This document shows positions 10,701-19,192 of a stretch of DNA of 64,000 bases, piece after piece. The position numbers were made by a program, and so were the translations under genes. The notes beneath the pieces are model-generated. The model did not search any database. It was not told the DNA's origin and worked only from the letters and a program-made list of their open reading frames with translations. The first letter of the stretch is position 1. Each line of letters begins with the position of its first letter. Origin of the DNA: Tubulanus polymorphus. Taxonomy: Eukaryota > Animalia > Nemertea. The stretch is taken from positions 5,976,231-6,040,230 of the forward strand of contig NC_134033.1 in the NCBI RefSeq assembly GCF_964204645.1, read 5' to 3'.

Positions 10701-13700
10701 CATGAAATGTTTATTGAAGAGATAGAAAAGGTTAGTCTTATCCCTTTCGATGATAAACGATATATATGAGATAATGGAATCCACACAGTTGCATATGGTT
10801 GCAATTTAGATGAATGCTTAAAATTTAAAAGGGATGAAGAGAATGAGAATGAGATTATGAACAGGGTTCTAACATGTTAATCGACTTTAATAATATATGT
10901 ATGATAAATGGAGAGTAAACAGCCACAAACTATAAATATTACGCATAGTGTTGTTAATATCTATCATAGAAAATGTTCTAAGTGTGAATTAATAAGTAAA
11001 CAATCTTCAGAATATCATAAAGATAAGACTAAGTTTATGTAAATGTTTATGATCTAAAGTATCACAATTATTCAGTAAAGATAATCACTCAGAAACACTT
11101 ACAAATTTATTAAATTGTTCAGATAAATCTTCAAAATCATGGATTATATATCAGTTCGATGATCATATGAATATAAAAAACTATGGAGATTATTTCCATA
11201 TAGATTATGTATTACCGATACCTAAATTTAATATGAATGATGAATATAATAAGACATTGATATGGAATTGGAAGAACCTGAGACCCCTCGAAAAGAAAGG
11301 AAATATAATCAAGTCTAACAAACTAGATGTGAAATTTTATTTGGATTAATTAGATAAACCGAAGGAATTTATTGAATTATGGAATTATGAACCAAATAAT
11401 GAACAATACGTTGAATCTTTATTAAGTGGTTGAAGAATAGTTTGTGGAATTTAATATCGAGAATCCGAAATGACGTATCTGGACAGTTATAGTAACTGCT
11501 CCGCATCGATAGACAAAAGTAGTGAGATATTAAACAGAACTCAAATAAAATATTAGAAAAATTACATATCTTAACTAGCTATTAAATTCTATTATATTTT
11601 AATTCAAAATCTATTATTTCTTTTCAAAAAAGAGAATACTTTATATCACAATTCTTTAACTTAACTAGCTAGTATTAACGCAAAGAGTTACTAGTATCAC
11701 TTGAAGAATAAGTATAATTTTTTTAAATCACTTTTTCCTAATTATAAAAGTCTAATAAATGTCCTCATAAATGTCTAAGAAATCTAATAAGAATAATATT
11801 GATATTGAAAAAACATAAGATGATTTAGGTATTACTGATAATAATGATAATGTAGCAACTAATAGTGTTAATAATATTGACATTGAGTACTATTTATATT
11901 GTAAACATCAACTTGAGTTACTAATTGCTAGGGGTAAATGCAAAGAATTTCTAAGTAAAATTATAACATATCAAGAATTAGACTCTATGGATAAAGAAAA
12001 AGTAATAAAATATTTTAAATATATGAAGAAGCTAAATTAGCCCGAATAGATGATTCTATTAGTGATGGAATAGTAAAATGTATATAATTTAAAACTGTAT
12101 TGAATAAATACTTTAGGATTTTTGACGCCATTATCTAAAGTATCTATAAGTTCAGTAATAAAATATGTTTCTTTTAATGATATTTGTTTAATCATAGTAA
12201 TATTATAGATTTTATATTGGCTTCCATACACTAAATTTGTTGCTGAGATTTTTAATTTTTAATGTTAAATAATGAAAATAAGTCATCAGTGTCATTGATT
12301 TCGATTTTGAATTTAGGTTCTTCTTCTTTCTTCATTTTTATAAAAAAAACATTTACTAAAATGAATCTAACTCATTCAAATATAAATATTCAATGTTAAA
12401 ATATGAATTATTTCTCACACTTTACTCACACTTTTATAATTATTATATAATTGATTTTCATATATATGATATTCATATAAATAATGTTCATTTATTTGAA
12501 TATTATTAGAGTAATAGGGTATATGTCTTTTCATATCAGAGGTTAAGAGGGGCGAGTGAGTGAAAATGAGCTCGACCTCTCGACCTCTGGTATGAAAAGA
12601 CATATACCCTATTACTCACGGGCATTCCTTATGAAAAATTGTTTTAATTCGTGAATTCAAAGTTCTTTTATTATTTCATTTTATCTTTCTGAATTAATTA
12701 TTTTGTAGTCAAATCAAGGCCAAAAATATACATTTGTTTACGGTCCACGTCCAAAATTTCGTAGGGTACAGGTAGGCAGGAAAACTATTTCATATTTGGA
12801 AAAAAATATTTTTCACAAAATGAAAAATATTTTAACAAAATTCATATGATATCACAAATCTGAGGGTGGCTAAATATTGAGTCTTGACAACCTTTTCCAA
12901 TGTATGACCGCGGAAGCAACATACCGGTACCGTAACAAACTAGGGGTCCAGGGACACTATGCCCACTTGAGAAGTGGTTCCAAATGCTCAACAATCTAAC
13001 AACTTCAATATTCAACGCCCCCTGGTGACCATGTACAAAAACTAATGCCCTTGAAATTCACCAAAATCATAGAGCATGTCAGCAGCTATGATTTTGTAAT
13101 TGATTGTGATAACAAAATATGCCTCGTTACTAATTTTATAAGGAAATGCTAAGTTATTCTATTATTCAACAACCGCTGTTGACCATAAGCAAAACCCAAT
13201 GACCTTAAAACTAACCACAATCATAGAACACGTCATGAACTACAACTTTGCAATTGATCATGGTAACAAAATATGCCTTTGTACCGATCTTATAAGGAAA
13301 AACTAAGTTATTTTACTATTCAACACCCCCTGGTGACCATAGAAAATAACTAATGTCCTTAAAACTCATCACAATCATAGATGATGTCATCAAGTTATTG
13401 TATTATTCCACGCCCCCTGGTGGCCATATACAAAACCAATTGACCTTGGAACTCACCAACATCATAGAACACGTTATGAGCTACAACTTTCCGATTGATT
13501 GTGGTTACACAATATGCTAAGGTACCAATATAATGTGGAAAAACGTTTCCAACCTACGAATCAGTACTGATGACACCAAAATGGCCGCCAATTATGTCAT
13601 AATTGGTTGATCACAAATACCTGCCTCAGGTATAAAAGATCCCTTTTCAAATAATACCCAATACAAATTGCAATGAGCAATGGCAAACCAGTAGGAAGCT

Positions 13701-16700
13701 ACAGAACTCAGAATTCCGGCCAAAATTGAAATTTTTGGGCATTAAAAAGGTCATAGGACGGCCGTCTTGAGTTCGATCGACTCAATTCTTCTTAAGCTGA
13801 TGGGCCCTTGGGGGAATCAAATATGAACGAAACATCAAGTTAATTGATCGAAGGGTCTTCAAAACTTCCCTCAAAAAGTTCAAAAATGTGTATAAAAGTG
13901 CTGATTTTGGCGACAACAATGGCTGCCAGTCGGCCATCTTGATTTTGACAGGGCCAGTTTTGGGGCTGAACATGTGGTTAGGGTAGATGTGTATCCCAAA
14001 TATCAAGACATTACATTGAAGCGTCTTTAAAACTTCCCAAAATAACTGGATTCCGTCTACGGACGAACGGACGGAAGGACGACGGACGAAAAGTGAACGC
14101 AATAGCCCGCTGGGACTTAAGTCCGGAGTGGGCTAAAAATCGGCGTATGTATTAGTAGATCGTTTTAAATCCTGGATTTTACCACTAAAGCATTCAGACC
14201 TCTACCTATACCTATAGTTTGCAGCTAAGTTTTTTCAGGTCACAAGAAAGTATAATTTGTTACAAATTCTATCAAACAGAAAACACAGCGCTCATCTTCT
14301 GCTATAATAGTTTAAATGAAAGCTTATTTTCATGTCAAACGTGCACGCGCCAGCAAGCAGCGTTACAGTATCACTACTACTGCATTTGGAATTCGCACGT
14401 GTAGGGCACCTTGCCCAATGAAACGTTCGCCATTATGGCTTTCCCATAATTATCTTTTGTAGTGCTGCAATTCCCCGTATATTCCAAAAACAGCCAATCA
14501 GATTCGCTCGTAGAGACAACACCCCCAGCCGAGGTCATTCCAATTTTGTACGCGAGAGCTTAGAATTTTCCTGCCAAAAACTGCTTTTCGTAGAATTCTA
14601 ACAAAGTTGACCATGTCATCGATCGCATCGATTATACGTGGTTTAGGCCGAGAACCAATGAAACAAATTGCTCACGTAAAAAACGTACCACGAATTTACA
14701 TAATTGGCTCAATGCAAACTTCAATATCGCTCACAAAGGTCAACCAAAAATCAGCGATACTAAAACAATACCTCTTTTCATTTTTCCTAGATATTAAGTA
14801 GGTACCGATTATTCCAAGTAAATAAGAAAATGCATTGAGACACCGACGCGCCAATTGCCTGATATTTAAGAACATGTAGTAAGAACCTCTGCTGCAATCG
14901 CATACCGAGCTTCCAAATGTGTAATACCTAGTACTGCGAACCAGTAACTTTCTGGGTTGGCTGAAGTAGGGAAATGCTTGTGTCTCAATGAAATAATTTC
15001 TCATTTGCAGACGCGTGGGTTTTGCTGTTCATAGCTAGCTCTGGAGACAGCAGTTCATCCCCTGGTAGTATATATGATGGATGGATAGGCGCACCATCTG
15101 CGAAAGAGCCACCGCCAGGGGGCTCTAAATATAGATGTAACTGTATTTGGAAAAGTCCAATAGTTACACAGTGGAACTCATTAGGTATAAAAAAGGTAGG
15201 TAAAATATTTCTAGAACATTCTATTTTTCAACGTACATATGCATTCAATTCCAAATCCGTTGCTACGAATTTTCAAAATTTGTATACCTCGCTAACTACT
15301 ATGCACCATTTAAGTGTGCTACAGTGTGAGTCGATGTTCACTACGTCAGCAATATCTTCGTTTACAATTATTGATAAATGTGCATTTTGGTGAATATATT
15401 TTATTGTAATCACATCACGACATTTTCTAATTCAATGAATTTAGACATTTTTAACGATGAATTTTGAATGGATGTGAGCTCCGACACCAATATTGGGGTT
15501 ATTCTCGTTAGAATGGTAAAAGGTCAATTCAATTCAATTGTCGCTTTATTCAAATTCAATCCAACTTTATTGGTGCTTTATGTCATATCTTATTAATTCA
15601 TTGTCGACAGTTTAAGGCAATGTATTTAAGTTATTTTTGAATAAACTTTCAAGATATTTTTCTTGTTAAGGTATATTTGTAAAAGACACACTACTGATGT
15701 AAGGTTCGTTAAAAAGTTTAGGCTAAAAACAAAGTTTGAATCGTTATCCATGTTGTACCGGTAGCAATTAAAACCATGGTTTGAATTAAACTTCTTCGTG
15801 AAACAAGATCCTGTGCATCGTCAAAAGCGAAATAGAATATTGTGTAAAACCTATTTTTCAAATGTGAAATGTGTATAAATGATACGCGTGTTACCAATTT
15901 AGATTTTAGTAAAGCCATTACTGAGAAATAAGACTAAGTGGGCTACTTTCACCAGCTTGCCCAGCAGGTGCGCGTTTGCTGTGGAACACCCACGATCGCT
16001 GACGTCAGTGTTCTCAAACAGATATTTCTGCGCGCGTTTTTCCACTGAAGAATAACTAACTTTTGGTACGCTTTATGAATAGCGAAGCTATGGCAAACTA
16101 ATAGATTTGATTAAGAACAATAAACTTAGCTTTATTAGATAGGTTTCAAAACATTATCACGATAGGTAGAACACAATATCCGTGTTGACGCGATGAGGAG
16201 AGAATCCCACAATGATAATAAAAAGTCCGAAAATGAAACTTCGAGATAGTACTTCGAGATAACTGGTTAAACTCAACACTTGATTTCCCCTTTGATTATT
16301 TGTTATTTGTTCTCTCATCAATTTCGTCTCTGACTTAACTTGTATTCACCTTTGTTTTAATTTAAGTGCCCCCTAGTTTGTCTTTCTTTTTACTACTGAC
16401 TTTAAGTTTCATTTATATTTATACTCACTATTGTTGTTTATAATCACCCCTTAGTTTGCTTCCCTTTAATCTATTTTAGCGTGTAACTGTTTCTACGTTA
16501 ATTTTCCTTTAGGTTGTATCATCTCTGATTACTTGAATTAGTCTCTTTGTCTCTGGATTGTATATATATCTCATAATTTCTGTAGTATCTCATTATTCCT
16601 GAAGATGACTATTAGGATATAGTCGAAACGTTGAAATAAACTACTATCTCGAAGTTTCATTTTCGGACTTTTTATTATCATTGTGGGATTCTCTCCTCAT

Positions 16701-19192
16701 CGTTTCAAAACATTCCTTGGTCTGATATAATCCAACAGCTTCAATTATCTCTAATCCCGCCTCGCATAGTCACCGTTCGTGGCGCATATTTAATACTTAA
16801 GAAGTTTTTTAAGATTTCTGAATTATTTCTGGTATATACCATTGATAATGTTAATAAGACAAATAAGTGATTTTTTCTATAAGGCTGATTCCAGCTTGTC
16901 ATTCATATACTAAGGTATCATTTGGAAAGTAAATCTCAAAACGTAGGAATTATAGGGCATCAGACCTTTAAAGACTCAAAACTTCCTTTCGTTCTATCGT
17001 TTACGTAGGTAAAACTTAGCCTTTATGCCGGTGGCCACGAGGTTGCATTCCTACAATTCGATGGTACTGGATCTGATACGATTAACTGGTTTTCAAAAAG
17101 CCGATTGCTCTCATCAACGTGGACCGATTTAACACCCCATTCGCCAACAAATTTTTTTTCAATAGTAGGAGAGTAAGTTATCACCGCATGCGGTGTTGTC
17201 ATATCGCGGAAAGACGGAATCGCGGAATTTTCCAAAAACGCGGAATTTCTTCATTTTTACTATAAATAGTAAACGGGTTTTCCCACGGGGATACCCACTG
17301 TCGGACAGGGCACCGGACCCAGGTTTTCAACACCGGGAATTAGTATTTGATAATTTATTATATCGCCAGTCAACAACTTAACGATACTGTTACAAATAAT
17401 GGAGAACCTAGGCAATACCATAGAATGGCAATACGTGCTTTGCGAATTCAGTGATACAGAGTATCGCTGCATTAACTGAAGGAATACAAATCGATGGTAC
17501 GTAAACGTAGGATTTGTGATGACACCATGGGTCATTCTCCAGGACTCAGTTCCGAGTTAAGATTTGACTCTGGTCTCTGGATTTAAAACATTGGAAATGA
17601 ATTGATTCTAAGTAACTCAGAGTTAACTCACAAAACTGTGGAACTGGATCGATGTCAGACGAAAATAAATAGACATTATGTATATTTCATTCTGCCTTAG
17701 GATTGTTCATGCGTGTTGTGTGTCTACATTGTTGTTAAAATCGAATGTGGTTTATCTTTTAGAATTAAATGATATGAAAGATTATAAAATGGTTTCGTTT
17801 TTTTTAATGTTTACTTTGTGACTGCTATAACACATATGTTCCTATGCTGATTATTTGGATCAAAAGAATCTTATTGGTAGCGGTACTGGACGGCCGTAAA
17901 ATTATAATAATTTCAAAGGAATTTGAACCGGAACTTGTTTGGTCGTAGGATTTCATGTTTGCAACCATCTACAACTACGGTCCGACACCGCGAACGTGCT
18001 CAATATTTATCTGATAATATTCGTTTCTGAAGTTCTCAAAAAGTCGATGAACTTCGATAACCGAAGTTTGCCTAGTAGAAATAGACATTAGGTGGCTGGT
18101 CTCTTTCACCCCACTTGATTCTGACTTCTTCTACAGGTGGCAGCCAGTCAACGGTATCGTAATATAATATTTCCATATAAAATTGCCTGCAAATAATGGG
18201 ATTCGAACCTAACTCGTTGCATTGATCGGTCCGGTGCCCTGTCCGACAGTGGGTATCCCCGTGGGAAAACCCGTTTACTATTTAAAGTAAAAATGAAGAA
18301 ATTCCGCGTTTTTGGAAAATTCCGCGATTCCGTCTTTCCGCGATATGACAACACCGCACCGCATGGGGAGGGGGTTGGGGATTTTCTATCATCTATGATT
18401 TACGTTAAGGAATGAGTTTCCATTCCTGAAATTTGGAACCATTGATAAAGTATGGCTCTTTCTTGCCATCCTCAAAATATTTTCTAGCGCTGTGTAAGGA
18501 TTGTGATGCATTTTGGCAAGCTGTTTGAATTCTATGTGCAAGAAAATGAATAATTAATAGATTGTACGTAATATCTGGATCAATATTTCTGTTCTACTTT
18601 TTAAAATTTTAGCTCGACGTCCGCCATTATTCGTCGCAGATTTTTTGTAAATTCGAACTATGGTGGGTGCCCAAACGATCAGTTATGGATGGCAGTTCAA
18701 GACCCGAAGCCTCAATTGGGAAGCTGTAGTTATGATAGAAGAACAGATACACCTCTCATAGCTTATTCTCCGTATGAAACGAAAACAGGTAATGGTTAAC
18801 TTGCATACCGATACATAGTTTACTTTCATTCTTTTCATTATTACTAATTGCAAAGGAATCGATAGATAAGGATTATCTGATTTCGAATCTAAAGTTAATG
18901 TGACGTAGGCAATTACGGGACTGATAAGTACTTAGTTTAATTCTTAATCTAAGTTTGGTAGAAGATTAAGTTCATTTACAGCAGATGTTTAACCTCCTGA
19001 AATAGAATTAGATGTTTTTGCGATTTTTTTGGGAAGCTAACGTTGTTCATTCTACATACGCACATGGCCCATGGCATTTTATTAAGCACCTGGGTGGCTA
19101 ATGACGATGATGATATTCTTGCAAATCCTTTTCTTTCAGGCATTTCAAATCTGCAGTATGCCGAACAAATGGTGATATATGCGCGTCTATAG
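4760..19192 (+). CDS. Secreted protein, 299 aa: signal peptide, PAN/Apple domain, unnamed C-terminal domain. Exons 4760-5081, 15011-15195, 17009-17172, 18613-18788, 19140-19192
   Basis: All introns are GT-AG with compatible phases (1,0,2,1), giving a 900-nt open CDS. Exon 1 has the PAN/Apple Cys pattern CAILC-x6-C...C. Later exons read DAWVLLFIASSG..SIYDGW..CIWKSPIVTQWNSLGIKK/VKLSLYAGGHEVAFLQFDGTGSDTINWFSKSRLLSSTWTDL..FFSIVG/D..RRRFFVNSNYGGCPNDQLW..PLIAYS../ISNLQYAEQMVIYARL*. Confidence 0.85.
6365..6508. repeat. Left terminal hairpin of the Polinton TIR
   Basis: 6365-6410 and 6463-6508 are reverse complements at 38 of 46 positions, ungapped. Confidence 0.85.
6560..6579 (+). promoter_or_regulatory. 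Putative element-specific promoter motif AAATCAATTTTAATAAAAAA
   Basis: Exact 20-mer at 6560-6579 and 6935-6954, each ending 13 nt before a start (ATG 6592; mutated ATT 6967 of pPolB). A variant precedes ATG 10908. Confidence 0.5.
6592..6930 (+). CDS. Polinton-associated small protein (112 aa), putative OB-fold ssDNA-binding protein
   Basis: Intact ORF just inside the left TIR. Pattern FKKLTEL..KKYQITNI....RYGDKLVIHLE...FRTYLPDRF resembles small proteins seen beside pPolB genes. The SSB function is inference. Confidence 0.55.
   Translation: MESKQIHSDFLNRIKDTTNVKSVDYKFKKLTELTLHKKYQITNIEPFSNRYGDKLVIHLEYEGLKGNKYKFRTYLPDRFHRLSSEYLEVCSGDFYFIYKGKNEKGCHDIDFE
6967..10880 (+). pseudogene. Protein-primed family B DNA polymerase (pPolB) with N-terminal C2H2 zinc fingers, OTU-like region and embedded endonuclease VII/HNH domain; frameshifted
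   Basis: ZnF YYCPTCK..RH..H and YKCDTC..HLKSKNH; ASSYIKLP..VLNEDD-CF..NHY; ExoI VIYGDFES; EndoVII CYYC..RDHDHLNGKSRGAAHENCN; ExoIII YLKSDV; motif A YIDANNLYG; motif B KLMNNAFFGK; motif C YFDTDS. Split over ORFs 7684-10769. Confidence 0.93.
10908..11390 (+). pseudogene. HNH endonuclease (large-DNA-virus/phage type) with N-terminal CxxC
   Basis: MESKQ..RKCSKCEL..EYHKDK, then LLNCS..WIIYQFDDHMNIKNYGDYFHIDYVLP..F..WNWKNLRPL...NIIKSNK, matching the NYG..WHIDH..P..NL.PL...N..K.NK HNH signature. Contains stops and frameshifts. Confidence 0.7.
11771..12087 (+). pseudogene. Conserved hypothetical Polinton-associated protein, 3'-truncated
   Basis: MSKKSNK..KHQLELLIARGKCKEFLSKIITYQELDSMDKEKVIKYFK-YEEAKLARIDDSISDGIVKC. 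Resembles an uncharacterised helical family seen near invertebrate pPolB genes (from recall). Confidence 0.45.
12080..12335 (-). pseudogene. Small inward-facing ORF next to the right TIR, frameshifted and truncated
   Basis: ATG at 12335 (MKKEEEPKFKIEINDTDDLFSL-fs-KISATNLVYGSQYKIYNITMIK..YFITEL). Loosely similar in pattern to the 6592 ORF. Confidence 0.35.
12510..12616. repeat. Right terminal hairpin of the Polinton TIR
   Basis: 12510-12543 and 12583-12616 are reverse complements at 33 of 34 positions, with further imperfect pairing (AGAGG/CCTCT, CGAG/CTCG) around a short loop. Confidence 0.9.
12936..14140 (+). mobile_element. Helentron-associated non-autonomous element (HINE/DINE-like) with internal tandem array of about 154 bp
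   Basis: Tandem units at about 13011, 13165 and 13319; (GGAC/GACG)n microsatellite 14059-14088; terminal stem-loop 14103-14135 followed by AAAAT. The 5' end is approximate. Confidence 0.6.
16156..16701 (+). mobile_element. Penelope-like element 3' remnant with inverted pLTR end, TSD and hammerhead-like core
   Basis: 13-bp TSD GTTTCAAAACATT (16143-16155 / 16702-16714); 61-bp IR 16191-16251 / 16642-16702; CTGAAGA-stem-GAAACGT at 16599-16631 followed by AATAAA. Confidence 0.75.
16591..16640 (+). ncRNA. Minimal type I hammerhead ribozyme-like motif
   Basis: CTGAAGA, stem II GACTAT/ATAGTC, GAAAC, palindromic ACGT helix III; weak helix I (TTATTC/GAAATAA). Confidence 0.5.
17191..18356 (+). mobile_element. 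Non-autonomous Mutator-like (MULE) element, copy 1
   Basis: TIRs of about 129 bp (CGGTGTTGTCATATCGCGG...) and 9-bp TSD CACCGCATG (17182-17190 / 18357-18365). Lies in intron 3 of the host gene, 19 nt after the exon 3 end. Confidence 0.85.

Larger units (their letters stand above)
6365..12616 (+). mobile_element. Polinton/Maverick-type element (6,252 bp, degenerate, probably internally deleted) with hairpin-forming TIRs
   Basis: 6-bp TSD CACGGG (6359-6364 / 12617-12622). Termini (T)GTAATAGG...CCTATTACT. TIRs about 6365-6570 and 12449-12616. Internal pPolB pseudogene; very AT-rich. Lies in intron 1 of the host gene. Confidence 0.9.

Noticed and set aside
6365-12616. Claim that this is an intact, naturally minimal autonomous element or a contaminating linear plasmid
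   Set aside because: It has a TSD inside a host intron, its genes are decayed, and the truncated convergent ORFs near 12085 point to an internal deletion.
17193-17381. Repeated ORFs MLSYRGKTESRNF.. and MENSAIPSFRD.. (also 18148, 32732, 32893, 34556) as a gene family
   Set aside because: They are translations of the MULE TIR and have no coding motifs.
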